A DNA stretch of 50,505 nt. It comes from Terrimicrobiaceae bacterium. GTDB taxonomy: Bacteria; Verrucomicrobiota; Verrucomicrobiia; Chthoniobacterales; Terrimicrobiaceae. The DNA lies in assembly GCA_041752695.1 (NCBI GenBank), contig JBGSVZ010000034.1, forward strand, positions 1 through 50,505, in the 5' to 3' direction. Shown one piece after another: positions 19,187-28,906 of this stretch. Each line of letters opens with the position of its first letter. Positions within the stretch are counted from its first letter, which is position 1. The translations under genes were made by a program, and so were the position numbers. The notes under the pieces were generated by a model. The model did not search any database and was not told where the DNA came from. It worked only from the letters and a program-made list of their open reading frames with translations.

Positions 19187-19849
19187 ATGACTCCCGCTTT
19201 CGATCCCGCGCTCGCCCAACGTGTTGAAACCTGCGGCATTGTCGCCGTGCTGGTCGTGGACCGTGTCGAGGACGCGGTCCCGCTGGCCAAGGCCCTGCTT
19301 TCCGGCGGAATCGATGTGATGGAGCTTACCCTCCGCACACCGGCCGCGCTGGATGCTCTCCGGGCGATCAAGGCGGAAGTGCCGGAGATGGTGGCCGGGG
19401 TGGGAACCATTCTCACCACCGATCAGGTGGCCCAGGTGGTCCAGGCGGGCGGAGCCTTCGGCGTCGCTCCGGGGCTTAACCCCCGAATTTTGACCGCCGC
19501 CCGCGAGGCCGGACTGTCGTTTGCCCCGGGCATCCTGACCCCCAGCGACATCGAAAACGCCGTCGAACACGGCTGCAAGATCCTCAAGCTTTTCCCTGCC
19601 GAACCATCTGGCGGCCTCGCTTATCTCAAAGCCATGGCCGCGCCCTACGCTCACCTCGGCCTGAAGTTCATCCCCCTCGGCGGCCTCAACGCCAAAAACA
19701 TGGCCTCGTATCTGGCCGATCCCAACATTGCCGCGCTGGGCGGCTCGTGGCTCGCGCCACGCGAACTCATCAAGGCGGGCGCTTGGGACCAAATCACGAA
19801 CCTGGCCGCCGAAGCCGTCCAGATTATCAAAACCACCCGTCAAAAATGA
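19187..19849 (+). CDS. eda: KDPG/KHG aldolase
   Basis: ELTLRT, GVGT, APG, PGILTPSD, KLFPA, FIPLGG, GGSWL. Confidence 0.93.
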   Translation: MTPAFDPALAQRVETCGIVAVLVVDRVEDAVPLAKALLSGGIDVMELTLRTPAALDALRAIKAEVPEMVAGVGTILTTDQVAQVVQAGGAFGVAPGLNPRILTAAREAGLSFAPGILTPSDIENAVEHGCKILKLFPAEPSGGLAYLKAMAAPYAHLGLKFIPLGGLNAKNMASYLADPNIAALGGSWLAPRELIKAGAWDQITNLAAEAVQIIKTTRQK

Positions 19850-20937
19850 AAACCATCGTCACTTTTGGAGAAGTCATGGGCCGGCTTGCACCGGAGGGCG
19901 TCCTGCGGTTTCGTCAGTCCCTTCCCGGGCCGCTCAATCTCACGTTTGGCGGAGCCGAAGCCAATGTCGCAGCCTCCCTCGCGCAGTTGGGGGCGCACGC
20001 CCGTTTTGTCACCGCCCTCCCGCAGAACACCATCGCGGACTGCTGTGTGGGTTTTCTCACCGGACTCGGCGTGGACACCGCCTGCATCCTGCGCACCAAA
20101 CACGGACGGCTGGGGCTGTATTTCTTTGAGAACGGCGCGAACCAGCGTCCGAGCAATGTGATCTACGACCGGGCGCATTCGTCGGTCAGTGTTTCCAAAC
20201 CCGCCGAATACGCCTGGGACAACATCCTCGACGGTGCCAACTGGCTGCACACCACCGGCATTACGCCGGCCCTCTCGCAGATTTCCGCGGAGTCCACCTT
20301 GCACGCGGTTAAAGCCGCCAAAGAAAAGGGCCTCACGGTTTCCTGCGACCTGAATTTTCGCAAAAAACTCTGGGGCTGGTTACCCGGCACAGACTCGAAG
20401 GCACTCGCGGGCAAAACGATGCGCGCCATCCTGCCTTTCGTGGACGTTTTGATCGCCAACGAAGAAGATGCCGCCGATGTGCTCGACATCCACGCCGCGG
20501 AAACCGACGTGGATTCCGGGAAACTTTCCGTGGAACAATACCCAGCCGTGGCCCGCGAGATCGCGCGGCAGTTTCCCAACATTTCCAAAATTGCCATCAC
20601 GCTGCGCGAGAGCCTCTCCGCCTCGCATAACAACTGGGGCGCCCTGCTTTTCGACGTCGCCGCAGACCAGGCGTTTTTCGCGCCGCTGCGTGATGGGGCC
20701 TACGAGGCCTATCCCATCAAAAACATCGTCGACCGCGTGGGCGGCGGTGACTCGTTTGGGGCCGGCCTGATCTTCGCGCTCAACACGCCCGAACTGAGCG
20801 CGCCGGAAAAAGCCATCGCCTTCGCCGTAGCCGCCTCCTGCCTGTGTCACTCCATCGTCGGTGACGTCAACTTCACTTCGCGCGCCGAAGTCGAATCGCT
20901 GATGAAGGGCTCGGGGTCCGGTCGCGTCGTGCGTTAG
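19846..20937 (+). CDS. kdgK: 2-keto-3-deoxygluconate kinase (PfkB family)
   Basis: FGEVMGRL, GGAEANVA, GITPALS, DLNFRKKLW, IVDRVGGGDSF; ATGA overlap with eda. Confidence 0.88.
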   Translation: MKTIVTFGEVMGRLAPEGVLRFRQSLPGPLNLTFGGAEANVAASLAQLGAHARFVTALPQNTIADCCVGFLTGLGVDTACILRTKHGRLGLYFFENGANQRPSNVIYDRAHSSVSVSKPAEYAWDNILDGANWLHTTGITPALSQISAESTLHAVKAAKEKGLTVSCDLNFRKKLWGWLPGTDSKALAGKTMRAILPFVDVLIANEEDAADVLDIHAAETDVDSGKLSVEQYPAVAREIARQFPNISKIAITLRESLSASHNNWGALLFDVAADQAFFAPLRDGAYEAYPIKNIVDRVGGGDSFGAGLIFALNTPELSAPEKAIAFAVAASCLCHSIVGDVNFTSRAEVESLMKGSGSGRVVR

Positions 20938-21014
20938 AAAAGTTCCCGCAAGGTCAGCCTCCCTCCCGCCCGATAGACTTGACACCCGCGCTTTCCCGGG
21001 TGTCCTTCCACGCC

Positions 21015-21560
21015 ATGAAAACCGCTCTTTCCGCCCTCGTTTGTGCCTTGATCAGCGCCACCGCCCTTTCCGCCCCCTTGCAGGACATTTCCTTCAAAAC
21101 GATGGACGGCAAGGCCGCCTCGCTGAAGGACTATGCCGGCAAGGCCGTGTTGGTCGTTAATGTCGCCTCGAAGTGCGGCCTCACCAAACAATACGCCGCC
21201 CTCGAAGCGCTCTATAAAAAATATTCGCCCGAGGGTTTTGTCGTGCTCGGTTTCCCCTGCAACGACTTCAACGGTCAGGAACCCGGAAGCAACGCGGAGA
21301 TCCAGGCGTTTTGTGAAAGCACGTTTGCCGTCACTTTTCCGTTGTTCGACAAAATTTCCGTCAAGGGCCCCCAACAGGCTGCGCTCTACGCTGCGCTGAC
21401 CGGCCCCGACGCCAAATTTCCCGGCGACGTGAAATGGAACTTTGGGAAGTTCCTTATTGGCCAAGATGGCGAGGTGCTGGCCCGGTTTGAGCCGAGGACG
21501 ACCCCGGATGATCCCGCAGTCGTTGCCGCGGTTGAAAACGCCTTGAAGGCAGGAAAATAG
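21015..21560 (+). CDS. Glutathione peroxidase family protein with signal peptide
   Basis: VNVASKCGLT, LGFPCNDF..QEPG, KWNFGKFL; hydrophobic N-terminus. Confidence 0.92.
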   Translation: MKTALSALVCALISATALSAPLQDISFKTMDGKAASLKDYAGKAVLVVNVASKCGLTKQYAALEALYKKYSPEGFVVLGFPCNDFNGQEPGSNAEIQAFCESTFAVTFPLFDKISVKGPQQAALYAALTGPDAKFPGDVKWNFGKFLIGQDGEVLARFEPRTTPDDPAVVAAVENALKAGK

Positions 21561-21587
21561 GCCCGGGCGGAATTCCGCAGTTTGCCG

Positions 21588-21615
21588 TTGACACTCCACT
21601 ACCTGACGCTAGTCT
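21588..21615 (+). promoter_or_regulatory. Sigma70-type promoter for rplI-dnaB
   Basis: TTGACA-16 nt-TAGTCT upstream of rplI. Confidence 0.55.
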
Positions 21616-21640
21616 CTCCCTCCCGCCACACCACGGAACT

Positions 21641-22171
21641 ATGGCACACTCTGAAGTTATTCTCACGGCAAACGTCCCCAACCTCGGCGCTGAAGCTGAC
21701 CTTGTTAAGGTCCGCCGCGGTTACGCACGCAATTTTCTCATCCCTCAGGGCAAGGCCCTGGAAGTGACCGCCAGCTCGCTGCGCCAGGTCAACCATCTCA
21801 AGGCGAAACGCGCCGAGCGCGAAGCCCGCGAAGTGACTGCTGCCGAGGAATTGGCCGGCAAGATCAACAAGCTCAACCTCTCCTTCACTCTGGAAACCGG
21901 CGAGACTGGCAAGGCCTTTGGATCCATCACGGCAAAAGATATTCACGACCGCCTGGTGAAAGAAATGCCGACCATCGAATTGCCCAAGCATGCCGTCCAG
22001 TTGGATAAGGCCATCAAGGAAAGCGGCGACCACGAAGTGCCTGTCAAAGTGCACGCTGATGTCATCGCCAAACTTCGGGTGAAGATCGTCGCTCCGAAAC
22101 CGGTTGCCGCTGTGGAAACCGACGAAGACAGCGACCAGCGGCCCGCCCGCCGCAAGTACGCCGCGAAGTAG
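21641..22171 (+). CDS. rplI: 50S ribosomal protein L9
   Basis: VKVRRGYARNFLIPQG and GKAFGSIT. Confidence 0.96.
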   Translation: MAHSEVILTANVPNLGAEADLVKVRRGYARNFLIPQGKALEVTASSLRQVNHLKAKRAEREAREVTAAEELAGKINKLNLSFTLETGETGKAFGSITAKDIHDRLVKEMPTIELPKHAVQLDKAIKESGDHEVPVKVHADVIAKLRVKIVAPKPVAAVETDEDSDQRPARRKYAAK

Positions 22172-22186
22172 TCTTCGAGGTCCAAT

Positions 22187-23677
22187 ATGCCCGCCGATTC
22201 TCCGGCTTTGTCCGCAGAGAATCCCGTGAAAACCAACGGGTTCGGCGAAGGCAAGGGCCGTTCCGGGAAGCGCGATTACTCCCAGAAAAAGGGACCTTAT
22301 TTACCAGATACTCACAGGTCTCTTCCGCAGAGTCCTGATGCGGAAAAGGGTATTCTGGGGTCCATCCTTCTTGCCCCAGGGAGAGTGCTCGACGAGTGCA
22401 TCCAGCAGCAGGTTGGCGATAAATATTTTCACCATCCCGCCCATGGCCGCATCTACAACGTGCTGGTCGAGATGCGGGAGTCGAACAAACCGATCGACCT
22501 CATTTCGCTGACCCAGCTCCTCGAAGACCGTCACATTCTGGACGAGGTCGGTGGAGCCGCCGCCGTCACCGAGCTTTTCACCTTCGTCCCCACCGCGAGC
22601 AACGCCGCGTACTACCTGGAGATCCTGCGCGAAAAGTTTCTTCTGCGTCAGATCATTATGACCTGCACCGAATACGGGGCGCGGGCCTACGACGAGCAGG
22701 GCGACGTGCAGATCCTCCTCGATGAGGTGGAAGGCCGCATTCTCAACATCGGAGACGACCGGTTTAAAGCCAAGGTCCCCGAGATGAAGGAACTGGCCAT
22801 GGAGGCTCTCGATGCCATCGAGAAGATGTTCCAAAACCGCGGCGCGCTCTCCGGGCTGCCTTCTGGTTTTGCCAATCTTGACCACATGACCAACGGCCTC
22901 CACGCTGGGGAAATGGTGGTCATTGCCGCCCGTCCGTCGATGGGAAAAACCGCCTTCGCCATGAACATTGCCGAGCATGTTGCCGTGGAGGCGGGCAAAG
23001 CCGTGGCGGTCTACAGTCTGGAAATGAGCACCCAGCAGCTTATGCAGCGTCTCCTCTGCTCGATGGCCCGGGTGGACTTGAAAAAAATCCGCGATGGTTT
23101 TATCGGGAAACACGACATGGGCAACCTCATCTCAGCCACGCAAAAGCTGGCCGATTGCAAGATGTTCATCGACGACACCCCCGGCCTGAGCATTCTCGAG
23201 CTCCGCGCCCGCGCCCGTCGGCTCAAGGACCGTCACGACATCCAGCTCATCGTCATCGATTACCTCCAGCTCCTGAAGTCGCCTTCCAAGCGCGGCCAGG
23301 AAAATCGCCAGGTGGAGGTGGCGGAAATTTCCGCCGGGGTGAAAGCTCTGGCTAAGGAACTTAAGGTGCCGATCATCGTTCTCGCTCAGTTGAACCGTAA
23401 TCCCGAAGGCCGCACGGGAGGCAGCAAGGGCAAGCCGGTCCTGAGCGATCTTCGCGAATCCGGCTCGATCGAGCAGGACGCCGACCTCGTCGGCCTTCTC
23501 TGGCGTGAAGAATATTACGCTTCCGACGAAGAGGAAAAAAAGGAAAGTGAAGGCAAGGCCGAACTGGTCATTGCCAAACAGCGAAATGGCCCCGTGGGCC
23601 CCGTCGCCCTCACCTTCCTAAAACACATCACCCGCTTCGAAGACCGCGCCCCCGACCACAGCGAGCCCCCGCAATAG
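22187..23677 (+). CDS. dnaB: Replicative DNA helicase
   Basis: AARPSMGKT, SLEMS, IDYLQL, LAQLNR, SDLRESGSIEQDAD, KQRNGP; no intein. Confidence 0.97.
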   Translation: MPADSPALSAENPVKTNGFGEGKGRSGKRDYSQKKGPYLPDTHRSLPQSPDAEKGILGSILLAPGRVLDECIQQQVGDKYFHHPAHGRIYNVLVEMRESNKPIDLISLTQLLEDRHILDEVGGAAAVTELFTFVPTASNAAYYLEILREKFLLRQIIMTCTEYGARAYDEQGDVQILLDEVEGRILNIGDDRFKAKVPEMKELAMEALDAIEKMFQNRGALSGLPSGFANLDHMTNGLHAGEMVVIAARPSMGKTAFAMNIAEHVAVEAGKAVAVYSLEMSTQQLMQRLLCSMARVDLKKIRDGFIGKHDMGNLISATQKLADCKMFIDDTPGLSILELRARARRLKDRHDIQLIVIDYLQLLKSPSKRGQENRQVEVAEISAGVKALAKELKVPIIVLAQLNRNPEGRTGGSKGKPVLSDLRESGSIEQDADLVGLLWREEYYASDEEEKKESEGKAELVIAKQRNGPVGPVALTFLKHITRFEDRAPDHSEPPQ

Positions 23678-23731
23678 AGCCCCGGCCCGGCCCTTGCTCC
23701 CCGCAACCCCCTGCTTTTCACGTTCCGAAGT

Positions 23732-23767
23732 TTACAATAAATGTCCCACCTGCGACATTTATTGTAA
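23732..23767. repeat. Perfect 14-bp inverted repeat with 8-bp asymmetric spacer
   Basis: TTACAATAAATGTC-CCACCTGC-GACATTTATTGTAA. Confidence 0.85.
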
Positions 23768-23912
23768 TGGTGGCCTCTTGCGGTATGGGCATGGGGCGTT
23801 GGAGCGCAACGACTTGCGAGGCTTGCCGGTCGTGCTCTGGGAGGGTGAAATTTTTTAAAGTCCTTCTGGCTTGAAAAAATCTCCCGGTGGTCAAACCTTG
23901 CGTGCAACTGGT

Positions 23913-25151
23913 ATGAGCAAGATCTCCATTAACATTAAGGGGCGCGAGGAGTCGCCAAGGGTGGAGAATGTGCTCGTTGGCGGGCGGTATGCTCTTCAGC
24001 AGGAGTTGGGCAGGGGAGGCGTTGGCGAGGTTTTGCTTGCCCATGATCTGCAGCTCGAGCGCATGGTGGCGGTGAAGCGCATTCATGTGCAAATGGGGGA
24101 GTCCGGCCACCGGGCGCAGTTTGCGATCAAGGAAGCCAAGCAACTGGCCCGGCTACAGCATCCGAATATTGTTACGGTTTTTGATGTGCTCGATCACGAG
24201 GGCGATGTGCTCATGGTGATGGAATACCTTCGCGGCTACACGCTGGAGGATTTGAAGGCCCCCTTGACGTTGGAGGATTTTGTCGAAGTGGCCCGGCAAT
24301 CCCTGGCTGGCCTGGGAGCGGCGCACGCCCTCGGGGTGATCCATCTGGACATCAAGTCAACCAATCTCATGTTGGTGTGGCTCGCGACCGGACAGCTCCA
24401 GGTGAAGCTTTTGGATTTTGGATTGGCCACGATGATGGAGCAGGTCACGCTCGAAGAAACCGGGGAGGACGAGGGGGTTTTGGGGTCAGTGTATACCATG
24501 GCTCCTGAGCAGTTGGAGCGCCGACCGGTGGATGTTCGGACCGATCTCTATTCGTTGGGCTGCGTGTTTTATCATGCGCTGACCCGCAAAGATCCGTTTC
24601 GGGGCGAGACGGTGGAGGCTATCATCGAGGCGCACCTTCAGCATGTTTTTCGTCCGTTGGCGTCCCGGCGTCCCGACCTTCCTCCGGCCGTTTGCGCGTG
24701 GGTTGAACAATTGATGGCGAGAAATCCGGACGTGCGTCCCCCTGATGCCCCGACCGCGCTCTCGTTATTGCTGGGAACGCTGTCCGCGGGCCGTCCAGGT
24801 CGGTCGCTCAAAAACCTTCCTGCCAGCGCGGAGGTGTCCGTCGGCGAAATTCAACTTCCCGATCTGGATTCCCTGCGGGCCTCGGTGGGGAAAATGGTTA
24901 CGGTTAATGGCACGGTGAACCGGGTGGGGGAAAATATGCCGGGCACGATCCGCTTTTTGAATTTTGAGTCCGTGCCTCACAATGACTTTTCCGTGATTCT
25001 TCCGCTTAAAGGAGGTCATGCGGAGTTTAGCCGGGAGCGGCTGGAGGCGCTGGTGGGCCGGAAGGTCAGGGTGACGGGGAAGGTTTCGGAATTTCACGGC
25101 AGTCCGCAGATGGTCGTGGAATCTCCCTCGCAGATGGTCGCCGGAAGCTGA
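23913..25151 (+). CDS. Ser/Thr protein kinase (Hanks type, non-RD) with C-terminal OB-fold-like domain
   Basis: LGRGGVG, VAVK, HLDIKSTN, DFG, APE, DLYSLG; C-terminal VTVNGTV...FLNF...VRVTGKVSEFHGSPQMVV. Confidence 0.88.
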   Translation: MSKISINIKGREESPRVENVLVGGRYALQQELGRGGVGEVLLAHDLQLERMVAVKRIHVQMGESGHRAQFAIKEAKQLARLQHPNIVTVFDVLDHEGDVLMVMEYLRGYTLEDLKAPLTLEDFVEVARQSLAGLGAAHALGVIHLDIKSTNLMLVWLATGQLQVKLLDFGLATMMEQVTLEETGEDEGVLGSVYTMAPEQLERRPVDVRTDLYSLGCVFYHALTRKDPFRGETVEAIIEAHLQHVFRPLASRRPDLPPAVCAWVEQLMARNPDVRPPDAPTALSLLLGTLSAGRPGRSLKNLPASAEVSVGEIQLPDLDSLRASVGKMVTVNGTVNRVGENMPGTIRFLNFESVPHNDFSVILPLKGGHAEFSRERLEALVGRKVRVTGKVSEFHGSPQMVVESPSQMVAGS

Positions 25152-25267
25152 GCGGAATCCTGCTCGAAAAACGGCGGCGGCGGGGGCTTTCGGCGTCGCA
25201 AATTCGGGCAGTTGCCCGGCATTCGGAAATTGACCTGCAACTGGACGTGTGCGAGTTTCCCCACGCG

Positions 25268-28200
25268 ATGAGCTTCCACCATGATAATGGGCGAGGCCCA
25301 AAGTTCGTCCGGTTGCGTTTAGGGAACGTTTTAAGGGTCTTCGCGATGTTGTTTGCGGGTTTTGGGAGTATCCATGCCCAAAATTCTTGGGATGGAGGCG
25401 GGGTCGATAACAATTGGACTACCCCGGCAAACTGGCTGGGTGATCTGACACCTCCAAACGACGGCACCGCGGCCCTGGCGTTTGGGGGAACCACCCGGCT
25501 GGCTCCGAATGTGGACACGCCATGGAGCATTGCGTCTCTGAGGTTTAATGCCGGATCCGGGGCGTTTGTACTTTCCGGAACCACGCTCACCCTTGGTGCG
25601 GGGGGCGTCCTGAATGCCTCGGGGACCACGCAGACGATCGCCACGGCCATTTCGCTCGCGGCGGCACAGACATGGACTGCCACCACCGCGAATCTGGTTT
25701 TTTCAGGCCCGGTGGATAATGGTGGCCTTCTTCTTACCGTGAGTGCGGCGTCGACGAGGAACGTCGCTGTCGGCGGTGTTGTTTCCGGTACAGGCGGATT
25801 GCGCAAGACGGGCGCGGGGGGCGTGACGTTGACGGGCAGTAATACCTTTTCCGGAGGTGTCACGCTGACCTCTGGAACTCTGATCGCCAATCACAACAAC
25901 GCGCTTGGCTCGGGCACGCTGACCATGAGCGGCGGCGTGCTCAATACCGGCAGCGTGCGGACCTTTTCCAACGGCGTTGCGGTGACGGGAAACACCAGTT
26001 TTTCCGGGCAGACCATGACGTTTTCCACGGGCACATTTGCCCTAGGCGCGAGTGCCACGCTGACGGTCTCGAATACCACCACGCTGGCTAACGGGCTGGT
26101 GGAAACCGGCGGGTCGCGAGCTCTCACGAAGGCCGGGAATGGCACGTTGATTGTGCTCAATGCGCTGTCCACCACGGGAAATGTCGCGATCAATGCCGGC
26201 ACCCTGGCTTTGGGAGCGGGGGTCACTCTGCCGTCGTCGTTGCTGACGCTCAATGGCGGCCTGCTCGCCACCCAGGGCACGTTCAGCCGCGGGCTTGGCA
26301 CAGGTGCCGGAGAGGTGAACATTACGGGAAACGCTGGGTTTGTGGCCTACGGCGGAGCCCTGACAATTAACGGTTTTACCGGCACTCCGGTGTGGGGGAC
26401 GACGCCGAGTTTCCTCACCAGTAGTTCGACCCTGACGCTGAATTCCACCCTGGCCACAGACGTTGTGACGTGGGCCAGTGATTTTTCCCTGGGTGCCGCG
26501 ACCCGCACAATCTCTGTGGGGGATAATACCCTCACCACGGCTGATCGGGCGGTGATCTCTGGGCTCGTTTCCGGCACGGGAGGGTTGACAAAAACCGGCG
26601 CGGGTCGGCTGGATCTCACGGCCGCCAATTCCTTTTCCGGTGGGATGTGGATTCAGCAGGGAGAGGTCGCGGTGAACAGTCTGGCCGACGCCGGATTGGC
26701 CAGTTCTCTCGGGGCGGGCAGTGGCACGAATGCCATCGTACGCCTCGGAAATGGAACTTCGTCCGCTATTTTGCGGTACACCGGGACCGGCCATGCGACA
26801 AACCGGGGAATCACCCTCGCTGGAACGACGGGCGGTGCGACACTGAACGCGGATGGGACAGGCACGGCCATCTTCAACGGTGGGGTCACCGCCTCTGCCG
26901 CGGGGACAAAGACGCTCACCCTCACAGGCACGGGTGCAGGGCAGTTGGCCGGAAGTATCACAAACGGCTCGGGAACCCTGGCGGTGAGCAAGACGGGTAC
27001 GGGGCTTTGGACGGTGTCGGGTTCCAATAGTCACACCGGGAACACCACCCTATCCGCCGGCATTTTGGAGGCGGGCCACGCCAACGCGTTCGGGGCGGGC
27101 TCAGTAGTCCTGGCCGGTGGGACGCTTCGCGGGGGAACGGGGCTCGCCGTGGCCAACACCCTCAGCCTCACGGCCAGTTCGGCCCTGGGCGGCTCCTCTG
27201 CGTTGACGTTTGGGGGAGCGTTTTCCCAAACGGGGTCGCGAACGCTCACGGTCAACAACACTGCGCTGACCACCTTCGCGGGGCCGGCCATGCTGCTGGC
27301 CGAGAACAATCAGGCGCGCACGCTCACGTTGACGGGTTCGGGAAATGTGCTGGTTTCGTCTGTGATTCAGAACGGGCTGGGAACGGGGGCGGACGGGCTG
27401 ACCAAGACTGGCACGGGTGAACTTACGCTCACGGGATCGAATACCTACAGTGGAGCCACCACCCTTTCCGGCGGGTTGCTCAGTCTTGGCCATGATCGGG
27501 CATTGGGAACGGGCGTTTTATCTCTGAATAGCGGAACGGTCCGTGCCGCAGGTGGAGCGCGCACCCTGGCCAATACCGTGACCCTGGGCGGCAATGTCAC
27601 TGTTTCCGGCTCTTCGCATCTGACATTTTCCGGCACCACGACGCTGACGGGCAACCGGACGGTGACAGCAAACAATTCCGGCACAACCACGCTGACCAAT
27701 GTGAATCTCTCGAACTCCACGACGAGCCGTACGCTGACGGTTGGCGGGACGGGCGATACCGTGGTGGCGGGAACGATGGCCAACGGTGGAGGTTCGACGG
27801 CGGGGGCGCTGAGCAAAACGGGGGCGGGTCAGCTCATCCTGCTCGGCGCCAATACGTATGGCGGGGCGACCACGGTTTCCGCGGGCACCCTGGAAATCCG
27901 CCACGGTTCCGCCCTGGGCTCGACTTCGGTGGGGACGACGGTTGCCAGCGGCGCCACGCTGGCGGTGTCGGGAGGAATCTCCGCCGGCGAGGGGATTTCG
28001 ATTTCGGGCACCGGGGTGGGCGGCAACGGAGCCATTCGCAACCTGTCTGGCGCGAATACGCTCACGACCCGGGTGACGCAGACCGCCGCCTCGCGGATCC
28101 ATTCGGATGCCGGGGTTTTAACCATCGATGTGGCCAGCGGCGATGCGGTCTCCGGCGCCTTCGCGCTCACAGTCGGCGGCGCGGGGGACGTGACCTTCGC

Positions 28201-28897
28201 CGACCGCGTGGCCACCGGCGCGGGTTTCACCAAAAATGGCACGGGGTCGGCGACGTTTGTTGGAAGTGGAAACAGTCTTGGGACGACTACGGTCAATGGC
28301 GGCCGTCTTGTTCTCCTGGGCAATACAACGGGTGGAAGCATTACGGTGGGAGCATCGGCGACGCTGGCCGGGAATGGATCGGTGGGTGGTCTGACCACCA
28401 TTAGCGGACAACATGCGCTGGGCGCCGTGCCGGGCAGTCAGACGTTTTCCGCCGGGCTGGCCTACAACGCGGGTTCGACTCTGCAGTGGGAACTCGGGGC
28501 AAACACGGCGGCCGGTGCAGGCACAAATTTCGACCAGGTGCTCGTGACGGGAGGAAACCTCGCAATCAACGCGACCTCCACGGCCTCCCTGGTTTTTAAT
28601 GGCACGGGATCGACCGTGGACTGGAGCGATGCCTTTTGGTCCACCGGGCAGAGTTGGGCGATGGTGGATTATTCGGCTGGCGGAACGAGTACGGGGGTCT
28701 TTGGCGCTTTGGCGTTGACCACGGATTCGCTCGGCCAGTCGTTGGGCGCCGTGCGGCCTGGCGGGAGTTTCGCGGTCGTGCGGGTGGGGGATGATGTTTA
28801 TCTCAATTATTTGGTCGTTCCCGAACCGACGATTGTCCATCTTGTCGGGCTGGCCGCGGCGATGGTAGGGTTAAGGTGCCGCGTCAGACGCGGTTGA
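25268..28897 (+). CDS. Large autotransporter-associated beta-strand repeat protein with PEP-CTERM sorting signal
   Basis: About 7 repeats of the type L.K.G.G.L.L.G.NT(Y/F).G.T.(V/L)..G.L; C-terminal VPEP-hydrophobic-RCRVRRG; start codon uncertain (25247/25268/25346). Confidence 0.9.
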   Translation: MSFHHDNGRGPKFVRLRLGNVLRVFAMLFAGFGSIHAQNSWDGGGVDNNWTTPANWLGDLTPPNDGTAALAFGGTTRLAPNVDTPWSIASLRFNAGSGAFVLSGTTLTLGAGGVLNASGTTQTIATAISLAAAQTWTATTANLVFSGPVDNGGLLLTVSAASTRNVAVGGVVSGTGGLRKTGAGGVTLTGSNTFSGGVTLTSGTLIANHNNALGSGTLTMSGGVLNTGSVRTFSNGVAVTGNTSFSGQTMTFSTGTFALGASATLTVSNTTTLANGLVETGGSRALTKAGNGTLIVLNALSTTGNVAINAGTLALGAGVTLPSSLLTLNGGLLATQGTFSRGLGTGAGEVNITGNAGFVAYGGALTINGFTGTPVWGTTPSFLTSSSTLTLNSTLATDVVTWASDFSLGAATRTISVGDNTLTTADRAVISGLVSGTGGLTKTGAGRLDLTAANSFSGGMWIQQGEVAVNSLADAGLASSLGAGSGTNAIVRLGNGTSSAILRYTGTGHATNRGITLAGTTGGATLNADGTGTAIFNGGVTASAAGTKTLTLTGTGAGQLAGSITNGSGTLAVSKTGTGLWTVSGSNSHTGNTTLSAGILEAGHANAFGAGSVVLAGGTLRGGTGLAVANTLSLTASSALGGSSALTFGGAFSQTGSRTLTVNNTALTTFAGPAMLLAENNQARTLTLTGSGNVLVSSVIQNGLGTGADGLTKTGTGELTLTGSNTYSGATTLSGGLLSLGHDRALGTGVLSLNSGTVRAAGGARTLANTVTLGGNVTVSGSSHLTFSGTTTLTGNRTVTANNSGTTTLTNVNLSNSTTSRTLTVGGTGDTVVAGTMANGGGSTAGALSKTGAGQLILLGANTYGGATTVSAGTLEIRHGSALGSTSVGTTVASGATLAVSGGISAGEGISISGTGVGGNGAIRNLSGANTLTTRVTQTAASRIHSDAGVLTIDVASGDAVSGAFALTVGGAGDVTFADRVATGAGFTKNGTGSATFVGSGNSLGTTTVNGGRLVLLGNTTGGSITVGASATLAGNGSVGGLTTISGQHALGAVPGSQTFSAGLAYNAGSTLQWELGANTAAGAGTNFDQVLVTGGNLAINATSTASLVFNGTGSTVDWSDAFWSTGQSWAMVDYSAGGTSTGVFGALALTTDSLGQSLGAVRPGGSFAVVRVGDDVYLNYLVVPEPTIVHLVGLAAAMVGLRCRVRRG

Positions 28898-28906
28898 CTT
28901 ACCCGC

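Noticed and set aside
22187..23677. Intein in DnaB (a common host)
   Set aside because: Normal length with contiguous helicase motifs.
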